A stretch of DNA of 24,000 nucleotides. It comes from an uncultured bacterium. GTDB lineage: Bacteria; Planctomycetota; Phycisphaerae; Phycisphaerales; SM1A02. The number at the start of each line of letters is the position of its first letter. Position 1 is the stretch's first letter. The position numbers and the translations under genes are program-made. Below, piece by piece: positions 1-7,377 of the stretch. The DNA lies in assembly GCA_903891095.1 (NCBI GenBank), contig CAITDI010000057.1, positions 14,329 through 38,328 on the forward strand, given 5' to 3'. Below the pieces are notes generated by a model that had not been told where the DNA came from, did no database searches, and saw nothing but the letters and a program-made list of their open reading frames with translations.

Positions 1-290
1 ATGCCTTCGAGCGCCTCCTTGAGGGCGAGGCCGTTGATCACGGTTCCGAGCATGCCCATGTAGTCGGCGGTCGACTGATGCACCACGCCGTCCTTGGCCA
101 TGCGCGCGCCGCGGATGATGTTTCCGCCGCCGACGACGACGGCGATCTGGCCGCCGAGTTCGCACGCCGAGGAAATCTCCCCTGCGATCACCTTGAGTTC
201 CTGCGTGTCGATGCCGAGCTGGCCGGCGGGAGAGAGGCTTTCGCCGCTGATCTTGAGAACGAGACGCTGGGAAACCTTGGACGAGGGCAT
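1..290 (-). CDS. pyrH: UMP kinase, N-terminal part (gene continues off the left edge)
   Basis: Not in the ORF track because it runs off the window. My reverse-complement translation from ATG at 290..288 reads MPSSKVSQRLVLKISGESLSPAGQLGIDTQELKVIAGEISSACELGGQIAVVVGGGNIIRGARMAKDGVVHQSTADYMGMLGTVINGLALKEALEGI. This carries UMP-kinase signatures (LKxSGE, VVGGGN, ADYMGML). Confidence 0.85.
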   Translation of the reverse strand, partial: MPSSKVSQRLVLKISGESLSPAGQLGIDTQELKVIAGEISSACELGGQIAVVVGGGNIIRGARMAKDGVVHQSTADYMGMLGTVINGLALKEALEG

Positions 291-413
291 GGGCGCATTC
301 GATCGCCACCGACGCGCGCGGTCAAGGAGGTGCATGCGTTGATTTGCTTGGTTTTCCGCGGTGTTCGTCGAGATTCCGCGCAGCCGCGCACACCTTGTTA
401 CACTTCGCGCCCC

Positions 414-980
414 ATGGACCTCGACACGATTCTTCTCGAGACGGACGAGCGCATGCAGAAGTCGACCGACTACCTGCACCGCGAGCTTCGCGGCATCCGC
501 ACCGGACGCGCCAGCACGGCGCTCCTCGAGTACATCAAGGTCGACTACTACGGCTCGCACACCGACCTGCGCGAGCTGGCGTCGATCACGATCTCCGAAG
601 CCACGCAGCTGGTGGTCAAGCCGTTCGATCCGGGCGCCAAGCACGACATCATCCGCGCGATCGAGACGTCAGGCCTCGGCCTCAATCCGATGGCCGAAGG
701 CAACCTCGTCCGCATCAACGTCCCTGCCCCGTCGGCCGACCGCCGCAAGCAGCTCATGTCGCAGGTCAAGAAGCTCGCCGAGGAGTCGAAGGTCGCCGTC
801 CGCAACGAGCGTCGCGACGGCAACAAGGCGATCGACGCGGCCGTGGCCGACAAGAAGAACGCCATCCCCGAGGACGCCGCCAAGAGCGCGAAGGAAGACC
901 TCGACGAGATGACCAAGAAGTTCTGCGACGCGCTCGACGCGCTTGCGGCGAAGAAGTGCGCGGAGATCGAGGAGATCTAA
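414..980 (+). CDS. frr: ribosome recycling factor
   Basis: Internal ATG (414) of track ORF 78..980. From MDLDTILLETDERMQKSTDYLHRELRGIRTGRAS...LVRINVPAPSADRRKQL...VRNERRDGN the 188-aa product is colinear with RRF. The upstream 112 codons of the track ORF overlap pyrH antisense and are rejected. Confidence 0.95.
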   Translation: MDLDTILLETDERMQKSTDYLHRELRGIRTGRASTALLEYIKVDYYGSHTDLRELASITISEATQLVVKPFDPGAKHDIIRAIETSGLGLNPMAEGNLVRINVPAPSADRRKQLMSQVKKLAEESKVAVRNERRDGNKAIDAAVADKKNAIPEDAAKSAKEDLDEMTKKFCDALDALAAKKCAEIEEI

Positions 981-989
981 GGGCGCGAG

Positions 990-1084
990 TCTTTGAGCGG
1001 TCGCGGCGTCTTTGAGCGGTCGCGGCGTGTTTGAGCGGTCGCGGCGTCTTTGAGCGGTCGCGGCGTCTTTGAGCGGTCGCGGCT
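990..1084. repeat. 19-bp direct tandem repeat, 5 copies (TCTTTGAGCGGTCGCGGCG)
   Basis: Read directly. Units lie at 990-1008, 1009-1027, 1028-1046 (one substitution, TGTTT), 1047-1065 and 1066-1084 (last base differs). The array lies between the convergent stops of frr (980) and nrdR (1158). Confidence 0.9.
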
Positions 1085-1157
1085 GCGGCCGCTTCCTTTG
1101 GTGTGAATTTGGGTTGGCGCGGATTTGACGGGCGTGCTGGCCACGCTTTCGCGCGCG

Positions 1158-1649
1158 TCACTCGAACAGCTGCCGCTGGTCCTTCACGTCCTTCGGGGAC
1201 TCCTGGACCGCCTTCACTTCGGCGGCGATGTCCTCGATCGTGCGGAAATCCTCGTGCTCGCTCGCAAAGCGGATGTAGGCGATGTCGTCGATCGCCCGCA
1301 GCCGCGTGGCCACGCGCCGGCCGATCTCGACCGACGGAACCTCGCGCTCGAACTCGCGGTTGAGCTCGTCCTCGATCTCGCGCACGATCGCGGCCTTGGT
1401 GTCCTCGTCGATCGGCCGCTTGCCGCAGGCCGCGACGATGCCGCGCATGACATTGGCGGGATTGAACGGCACGCGCGTGCCGTCGCGCTTGACCACGACC
1501 AGCTTGTCGGCGCGCTCGAAGCGCTCGTAGGTCGTGAACCGCCGCTTGCACTGGTTGCACTCGCGCCTGCGCCGGACGGCGGCGCCACCGTCGGCCTCGC
1601 GGCTGTCGATCACGCTGTCATCGTCGGCCTTGCAGAATGGGCAAATCAT
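1158..1649 (-). CDS. nrdR: NrdR transcriptional repressor (zinc ribbon + ATP-cone)
   Basis: Track ORF of 163 aa. MICPFCKADDDSVIDSR...RRRRECNQCKRRFTTYE is the NrdR CxxC...CxxC zinc ribbon. It is followed by the ATP-cone (VVKRDGTRVPFNPANVMRGI...IAYIRFASEH). Confidence 0.95.
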   Translation of the reverse strand: MICPFCKADDDSVIDSREADGGAAVRRRRECNQCKRRFTTYERFERADKLVVVKRDGTRVPFNPANVMRGIVAACGKRPIDEDTKAAIVREIEDELNREFEREVPSVEIGRRVATRLRAIDDIAYIRFASEHEDFRTIEDIAAEVKAVQESPKDVKDQRQLFE

Positions 1650-1710
1650 CGCGCGGGTCGAATCCTACCGCGCACCGCCGCCGCCGCGCGGCAGTTACAC
1701 TCGCAAATCT

Positions 1711-3888
1711 ATGGTTCGCATCACCCTGCCTGACGGCTCCGTGAAGGAATTCGCCTCCGCCCCCACCGCCGGAGAGGTCGCAGCGTCGATCGGCGCCGGT
1801 CTCGCCAAGAGCGCGCTCGGCGCCCGTGTTTCCATCGGAGGCGCGAACAGCGAACTCGTCGACCTCGCGCACCGCATCCACTCCGACGCGCAGGTCGCGA
1901 TCGTCACCGCGAAGAACCGCGACGGCACGGTGAGCCCCGACGCGCTCTACCTGCTGCGCCACTCGTGCGCGCACATCATGGCCGAGGCGATCCAGCGGCT
2001 CTACCCGGGCGTGCAGCTCGTGTACGGCCCGCCGCTCGAGACGAACTTCTACTACGACATGCTCTTCCCCGATGGAAAGATCATGTCCGCCGACGACTTC
2101 GAGAAGGTCGAGGCCGAGATGGCCAAGATCGTCGCGGAAAACCGCGCCTTCACGCGCTACGAGCTCCCCGTCGCCGAGGGCATGAAGAAGCTCCAGGGCG
2201 AAGGCTCGAAGTTCAAGCTCGACAACGCGCAGCGCGCCGTCGAGGCCGGCTCCGCGACGCTCTCGTGGTACGCCACCGGCGAACCCGGCAAGAACTGGGA
2301 AGACCTCTGTCGCGGCCCGCATGTCCCCGCGACCGGCAAGGTCGGCGCGTTCAAAGTGCTCTCGCTCGCATCGAGCTACTGGAAGGGCGACGAGAAGCTC
2401 GACCGACTCACGCGCGTCTACGGCACCGCCTTCGCCACCAAGGAAGAGCTCGAGCAGTACACCCGCCTGCAGGAAGAAGCGAAGAAGCGCGACCACCGCA
2501 CGCTCGGCAAGCAGCTGCGCCTGTTCCACATCGACGAGATGGTCGGCCAGGGCCTGATCCTCTGGACGCCCAAGGGCTCGGTCGTCCGCAACGAGCTGCA
2601 GAACTTCATCGGCGCCGAGCTCCGCAAGCAGGGCTACCACCAGGTCTACACGCCGCACATCGGCAAGCTCGACCTGTACAAGACCAGCGGCCACTTCCCG
2701 TACTACAAGGAATCGCAGTTCCCCGCGATCGTCGAGAACGACGAGCTCGCCGAGCTGTGCGTCTCCGGCTGCTCGTGCGCCGAGCTGACCGCGCGCCTGG
2801 ACGGCGTTTCTGCGCAGTTTGCCCGCGATCTCAACGCGCGCACGGGTCGCGAGGTCATCGGCCAGGACAAGGTGATGGACGCCGACAAGCTCGTCGGCGG
2901 CTTCCTCCTCAAGCCGATGAACTGCCCGCACCACGCGAAGATCTTCGCGAGCGAGCCGCACAGCTACCGCGACATGCCCGTGCGCCTCGCCGAGTTCGGC
3001 ACGGTCTACCGCTGGGAGCAGTCGGGCGAGCTCAACGGCATGACGCGCGTGCGCGGATTCACGCAGGACGACGCGCATCTCTTCGTGCGCGAGGACCAGG
3101 TCGCCGAGGAAGTCCTCGGCTGCCTCTCGCTCGTCAAGATCATCTTCGCCACGCTCGGCATGAACGACTACCGCGTGCGCGTCGGCCTGCGTGATCCCGA
3201 CGGCACCAAGTACGTCGGCGATCCCGCCAACTGGGACAAGGCTGAAAGCGCCTGCCGCGACGCGGCCAAGACGCTCGGCGTGCCCTTCAGCGAGGAGCCC
3301 GGCGAAGCAGCGTTCTACGGCCCGAAGATCGACTTCGTCGTCAAGGACGTCATCGGCCGCTCGTGGCAGCTCGGCACCGTGCAGGTCGACTACAACCTGC
3401 CGATCCGCTTCGACCTCTCGTACAACGGGCAGGACAACAAGCAGCACCGCCCCGTGATGATCCACCGCGCGCCGTTCGGCTCGATGGAGCGATTCTGCGG
3501 CGTGCTGATCGAGCACTTCGCGGGCGCGTTCCCCTGCTGGCTCAACCCCGAGCAGGTGCGCGTGCTCCCGATCAGCGAGAAGAGCGCGGGCTACGCCGAC
3601 GAGCTCGTCGGCGCGCTCAAGTCGCGCGGCGTGCGCGCCACCGTCGACCACTCGAACGACCGCGTGCAGGCGAAGATCAAGGTCGCCGCCGAGGAGAAGA
3701 TCCCGTACATGGCGGTCGTCGGACCGCGCGATGCGGAGAACCGCGTCGTCAGCGTGCGCGCGCGCGGCGTCGAGGCGAACCTCGGCGAAATGCCGTTCGA
3801 CGCGTTTGTCTCGGGAATCGCAGCGGAAATCGAGCAGCGGCTGCTTTCGGGCGCGCCGGGGACCGTGCAGGCGAGCTTCGCGAAGTAA
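1711..3888 (+). CDS. thrS: threonine--tRNA ligase
   Basis: Internal ATG (1711) of track ORF 1534..3888. MVRITLPDGSVKEF is the TGS-domain start, followed by HSCAHIMAEA (second additional domain), KPMNCPHH, FTQDDAHLF and HRAPFGSMERF class II motifs, then a C-terminal anticodon-binding domain. The upstream 59 codons overlap nrdR antisense. Confidence 0.95.
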   Translation: MVRITLPDGSVKEFASAPTAGEVAASIGAGLAKSALGARVSIGGANSELVDLAHRIHSDAQVAIVTAKNRDGTVSPDALYLLRHSCAHIMAEAIQRLYPGVQLVYGPPLETNFYYDMLFPDGKIMSADDFEKVEAEMAKIVAENRAFTRYELPVAEGMKKLQGEGSKFKLDNAQRAVEAGSATLSWYATGEPGKNWEDLCRGPHVPATGKVGAFKVLSLASSYWKGDEKLDRLTRVYGTAFATKEELEQYTRLQEEAKKRDHRTLGKQLRLFHIDEMVGQGLILWTPKGSVVRNELQNFIGAELRKQGYHQVYTPHIGKLDLYKTSGHFPYYKESQFPAIVENDELAELCVSGCSCAELTARLDGVSAQFARDLNARTGREVIGQDKVMDADKLVGGFLLKPMNCPHHAKIFASEPHSYRDMPVRLAEFGTVYRWEQSGELNGMTRVRGFTQDDAHLFVREDQVAEEVLGCLSLVKIIFATLGMNDYRVRVGLRDPDGTKYVGDPANWDKAESACRDAAKTLGVPFSEEPGEAAFYGPKIDFVVKDVIGRSWQLGTVQVDYNLPIRFDLSYNGQDNKQHRPVMIHRAPFGSMERFCGVLIEHFAGAFPCWLNPEQVRVLPISEKSAGYADELVGALKSRGVRATVDHSNDRVQAKIKVAAEEKIPYMAVVGPRDAENRVVSVRARGVEANLGEMPFDAFVSGIAAEIEQRLLSGAPGTVQASFAK

Positions 3889-3927
3889 GCGCCGACTTCA
3901 GCACCGAATTCAACATCAGGAGCCTCC

Positions 3928-4518
3928 ATGTCGTTCGCCACAGTGTTTGCCGCCGGACTCTTGATGCAGTCCACCCCGCCCGCACAGGAAACCGCTCCCG
4001 TCGCGCCGCCCGCCGCAACTGCACCTGCACCCGCGACGCCCGCCGACAACACGCCGCCCGAGCTGCGCCGCAAGAGCTTCAACGTCGACAAGGACGGCGT
4101 CGCGCTGCAGGGCTACGACCCGATCTCGTATCTCGACAAGTCGGGCCCGAAGCAAGGCAAGCCAGAGCACGCCTTCGCCTACCGCGGCGTCACGTACCGC
4201 TTCGCCACCGCGGAAAACAAGGCGAAATTCGAGGCCGAGCCCGCGAAGTACGAGCCGCCCTACGGCGGCTGGTGCGCGTGGGCCGTGATCGACGGCGACA
4301 AGGTCGAGATCGACCCGATGAACTACGAGGTCATCGACGGCAAGGTCTACCTCTTCTACAAGGGCTGGCTCGGCAACGCGAAGAAGAAGTGGGACGACAA
4401 GCTCAAGACCGACGGCGCGAAGAAGACCGTGACCGCGGCGGACGGCGGCTGGAGGAAGCTCGCCGAGGCCGACAAGACCGCATTCGACGCCGAGCACAAG
4501 AAGCCCGCGGGACGCTGA
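3928..4518 (+). CDS. secreted YHS-domain protein (Cys form of the YHS-domain (seleno)protein family)
   Basis: AGGAG at 3918-3922, 5 nt before the ATG. Hydrophobic N-terminus, then a Pro/Ala-rich linker. Next comes LQGYDPISYLD...AFAYRGVTYRFATAENKAKFEAEPAKYEPPYGGWCAWAV...DGKVYLF, which I recognise as the YHS-type domain with the GG-x-C motif. Confidence 0.8.
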   Translation: MSFATVFAAGLLMQSTPPAQETAPVAPPAATAPAPATPADNTPPELRRKSFNVDKDGVALQGYDPISYLDKSGPKQGKPEHAFAYRGVTYRFATAENKAKFEAEPAKYEPPYGGWCAWAVIDGDKVEIDPMNYEVIDGKVYLFYKGWLGNAKKKWDDKLKTDGAKKTVTAADGGWRKLAEADKTAFDAEHKKPAGR

Positions 4519-4548
4519 CCTCGCGCGCGGCAACGGCGGAGATCCGCT

Positions 4549-5313
4549 TCATGCAGGCTCGTTCAGCTCGGTCACGCGGATGACCGCGAGACCGTCGACG
4601 ACATCCACGGCGCCGCGCACGCGCACGGGGCGCGCGATCCACGGCGCCAGCACATCGAACGGCAACGGCGCACCGTCCTGCCCCACCACGAGCGCACGCC
4701 GCATCGAGCCATCGGGCGCGCGGCACACGATCGACGGCGGAATGCCGCCGCGGATGCACAGCGTCGCGCAATCGCGGTGCGTCTTGCCGTCGCCCGGCTT
4801 CATCACGCCGAGCCAGCACTTGCTGTCGACGATCTCGCCGACGAGCTCGACGGTGCCGATGCGATCGAACTGCCCCGCTGGCGGAAGCACGCCGCCGACC
4901 GCGATCGGCTCGTCCTCCGAAAGTTCCAGCATGCGCTGCCCGTCGCGCGTGATCAGGTAGCCGCGCGCGCGCACCGCCGTGCGGGTTCCATCGGTCTTCG
5001 CGAACGGCGCGACGCGCGCGTCGGCGCCGTGCTTGCCCATCTCGACCAGCAGCACGCGCTCGGCCGTGCCGTCGCCGCGCGCGACGCGCAGCATCGGGAA
5101 CGGCTTCGCGATCACTTCGCCCTCGAGCGTCACCTCGTGACCCGTGTCCCACACGCCTCGGCCGGTGGCGGGCGCAGCCGCGTTGAAGACGACCGCCGCC
5201 GCGAGCGCCAGGATCACCGTCGCGATCACGAACACGCGCGTCCACCGCACATCGCGCGCGGGCGTCGGCAGGTAGCCGACGAAGAAGTCGCCTGAATCGC
5301 CTTCAGCGCTCAT
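4549..5313 (-). CDS. membrane-anchored extracytoplasmic protein with a four-Cys cluster, function unknown
   Basis: C-terminal 254 codons of track ORF 4549..5874, starting at ATG 5313..5311, which overlaps the upstream stop (ATGA). Basic N-terminus (ARDVRWTR), one TM helix (VFVIATVILALAAAVVF) and a ~210-aa soluble domain containing KCWLGVMKPGDGKTHRDCATLCIRGGIPPSIVC. I could not assign a family. Confidence 0.7.
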   Translation of the reverse strand: MSAEGDSGDFFVGYLPTPARDVRWTRVFVIATVILALAAAVVFNAAAPATGRGVWDTGHEVTLEGEVIAKPFPMLRVARGDGTAERVLLVEMGKHGADARVAPFAKTDGTRTAVRARGYLITRDGQRMLELSEDEPIAVGGVLPPAGQFDRIGTVELVGEIVDSKCWLGVMKPGDGKTHRDCATLCIRGGIPPSIVCRAPDGSMRRALVVGQDGAPLPFDVLAPWIARPVRVRGAVDVVDGLAVIRVTELNEPA

Positions 5314-6359
5314 GCCGCGCCTCCCTCGCCCGCGGCGCATGGCGGCACGGGCGTTCCCGGCGCGTTCGGCGTCGGACTGACGAAGATCGTGCGGCCCTCG
5401 ATGCGCAGTTCGTAGGTCGGAATCCGCTCGGTGAACGGCGGCGGCGATTGCCCGCTCTCGGCGAGGTACTGGTAGCCGTGCCACGGGCAGGTCACGCAGC
5501 CGTCGACGATGCGGCCCTCGGCAAGCGGCCCGCCCTGGTGCGCGCACACGCCGGAAATCGCGCTGAATCCGCGCGCATGGCGGAACACCGCGACCGTGCG
5601 CGCGGGACCGAGCTTGACCGCCTTCGCGCGGCCTTCCTCGATCTCGCCGACTTCGCCAACGCGTACCCAGCCGTCGGCCGCAAGTGCGCGCGCGCGGCGA
5701 TCCACGCGGAACTCCTTCACGCCCGCCGCGAGATGGATGCCCACGATCCAAGCCGTGCCGGCTGCGGTCATCCACGCGTAGCCCGACCAGATCGCATCCT
5801 GCAGCGAACCGAACGCGACATGCGCCACGATCAGCGCGAACGCGAGGTACACGCACAGGTGCAGCGCCTTCCACACGCGCGGCGACAGGTTGCGCAGCCA
5901 GAAGTCGTGGCTGGTCGCGGCCATCGCGAACAGGATCACCAACGCCGCGAGTCCGAGCGGCTGGAACGGGAACTGCGCGGCGCCCTCGAACGGCGTGCTG
6001 CTCGAGAGGATGCTCGTCAGCGGATCAAGCACGCCAAAGCCGTGGTACCAGACGGTCGCCAGCAGCGCGTGCACCAGCGCCATCAGGAACATCGTCACGC
6101 CCAGATGCCTGCGGTTGTAGAGCAGCGGCGCCATGCGCGGCGTGCATCGCGCCAACGGTCCGATCGAGAGGATCAGCACGAGCAGCAGCACCGCGCCGGT
6201 GCCGAACGCGCGCATCACGAGCACGATCGGACTCACCTCGAACGCCGCAGTCGCGGCAAGCACGAAGCCGCCCAGATACACCGCGATCGCGAGCGCAAGC
6301 CGGCGGTCGTAGGCCTTCTTCGCGGCATTCCATTGGACTGCTTGATAGGACACGCTCAT
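5310..6359 (-). CDS. ferric-reductase-like (FRD, putative di-heme b) six-TM domain fused to a C-terminal Rieske [2Fe-2S] domain
   Basis: Internal ATG (6359..6357) of track ORF 5310..6533, product MSVSYQAVQWN.... About six hydrophobic helices, with His pairs HLGVTMFLMALVH and HLCVYLAFALIVAH plus ATSHDFW, typical of FRD/MsrQ-like proteins. The C-terminus carries the Rieske motif CAHQGGPLAEGRIVDGCVTCPWHGYQY (CxH-x16-CxxH). Confidence 0.8.
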   Translation of the reverse strand: MSVSYQAVQWNAAKKAYDRRLALAIAVYLGGFVLAATAAFEVSPIVLVMRAFGTGAVLLLVLILSIGPLARCTPRMAPLLYNRRHLGVTMFLMALVHALLATVWYHGFGVLDPLTSILSSSTPFEGAAQFPFQPLGLAALVILFAMAATSHDFWLRNLSPRVWKALHLCVYLAFALIVAHVAFGSLQDAIWSGYAWMTAAGTAWIVGIHLAAGVKEFRVDRRARALAADGWVRVGEVGEIEEGRAKAVKLGPARTVAVFRHARGFSAISGVCAHQGGPLAEGRIVDGCVTCPWHGYQYLAESGQSPPPFTERIPTYELRIEGRTIFVSPTPNAPGTPVPPCAAGEGGAA

Positions 6360-6781
6360 GGCCGCGCACTCCGCTCCACCGCTGGTTCGGGCAGGCGCCC
6401 CGCATCGCGCGTCTCGGGCAACCGCTCGGCCCGCGAGCGAATCGCGACCAGCAGCACCAGCGCAACCAGCGGTGCCAGCACGATCCACGCAAGGAGCGCG
6501 CGCGAGCGGAGCCGCTCCGACGCGGGCTGCCAACGCTCGGTCCGATCACCAGGGACCTCCGCGGCGTCGCCTGCATCGCGAGCCGCAGCCCGCCACCAGC
6601 GCACCATCAGCAGCGGCCACAGCAACGCCGCGCCCGGCGCCACCAGCAGCCTGAATCCGCGCGTCGCGTGCCGCGCGACCGGATCGACCACGGCCACTCC
6701 GCGCCACGCGAACGCAGCGGCAAACAGCACGCCGATCACGGCGTAGATCATCACGGTCTCGACGATGAACTCGGTCAGCAC
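6356..6781 (-). CDS. small membrane protein (about 3 TM helices), function unknown
   Basis: 3' part of track ORF 6356..6874. The stop overlaps the downstream ATG (ATGA at 6359..6356). The start is uncertain: GTG at 6781..6779 (VLTEFIVETVMIYAVIG) or ATG at 6751..6749 (MIYAVIGVLFAAAFAW). No family recognised. Confidence 0.5.
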   Translation of the reverse strand: MLTEFIVETVMIYAVIGVLFAAAFAWRGVAVVDPVARHATRGFRLLVAPGAALLWPLLMVRWWRAAARDAGDAAEVPGDRTERWQPASERLRSRALLAWIVLAPLVALVLLVAIRSRAERLPETRDAGRLPEPAVERSARP

Positions 6782-6843
6782 GGCGGGAAGATACAGCGAA
6801 CAATCAGGGCAGGATTCCACTATCCTCGCCGAACGGATTGAAC

Positions 6844-7368
6844 ATGACCGCTTCCTCGCCGACATCCGACCCACGCATCGCGCTCGCCAACGCGCTGGAC
6901 GCTCTCGCCACTCTCGCCGCGAAGGCCGACGACGCCGTCTACGCGGGCGGACTGGCCTACGGCTTCCATAGCCCGCTGGGTGCGCACTTCCGCCACTGCA
7001 TCGACCATGTCGACGCGCTGCTCAACGGCGTCGCGTCGGGCGAGATCAGCTACGACCGCCGCGAGCGCGGCACCGCGATCGAGAAGGACCGCGCCGCGGG
7101 ACTCAGCGCCGCCGCCGAACGCGCCGCTCTGGTGCGGGCGATCAGCGACACGATGCTCGACTCGTCGATCTCCGTGGCCGCGATGGTCACGCCCGATGCG
7201 CCCGAGGTCCGCTTCGACTCCACGGTCGCGCGCGAGGTGCTCTACGTGTTCCACCACACCGTCCACCACACCGCGCTGATGTCCGCGCAGGCGACCAACA
7301 TGGGAATCCAAGCCGACCCGAAGGCCGGCCGCGCCCCCGCGACGCTTGCCAACGACGCCCGGCATTGA
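6844..7368 (+). CDS. DinB/YfiT-like four-helix-bundle putative metalloenzyme
   Basis: Track ORF 6838..7368 begins at TTG 6838, and the first ATG is at 6844. His-rich motifs GAHFRHCIDHVD (N-terminal third) and VFHHTVHHTALM (C-terminal) have the spacing of the DinB-superfamily metal triad. The assignment is by eye only. Confidence 0.55.
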   Translation: MTASSPTSDPRIALANALDALATLAAKADDAVYAGGLAYGFHSPLGAHFRHCIDHVDALLNGVASGEISYDRRERGTAIEKDRAAGLSAAAERAALVRAISDTMLDSSISVAAMVTPDAPEVRFDSTVAREVLYVFHHTVHHTALMSAQATNMGIQADPKAGRAPATLANDARH

Positions 7369-7377
7369 CGCGTTGCC

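Noticed and set aside
78-413. N-terminal 112 codons of track ORF 78..980 (upstream of the frr ATG)
   Set aside because: This segment is antisense to the pyrH N-terminus, whose translation is clearly UMP kinase. RRF homology begins at Met 414.
291-413. Divergent pyrH/frr arrangement and candidate promoters (TTGATT at ~340; TACACT at 399-404, close to the frr ATG)
   Set aside because: The hexamers lack convincing partners at proper spacing. The divergent orientation is unusual relative to the common tsf-pyrH-frr order, but it is not informative on its own.
1650-1710. Possible NrdR box or thrS leader in the 61-nt nrdR-thrS spacer
   Set aside because: I found no convincing 16-bp NrdR-type palindrome and no T-box or leader-like structure in such a short spacer.
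1618-3651. 677-aa ORF on the minus strand, antisense to thrS
   Set aside because: It lies opposite an unambiguous ThrRS gene. The translation is Arg/Ala/Gly/Asp/Val-rich low-information sequence, typical of shadow ORFs in high-GC DNA, with no recognisable motif.
5314-5874. Upstream 187 codons of track ORF 4549..5874
   Set aside because: The region overlaps the Rieske domain coding sequence in another frame. The ATG at 5313 forms an ATGA overlap with the upstream stop and gives a sensible N-in single-TM protein.
6811-6826. Shared motif AGGATTCCA(C/T)T at 6811 (divergent operon spacer) and 15109 (upstream of infC)
   Set aside because: There are only two copies, and I cannot compute significance or conservation. 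It could be chance, so I record it without claiming a regulatory motif.
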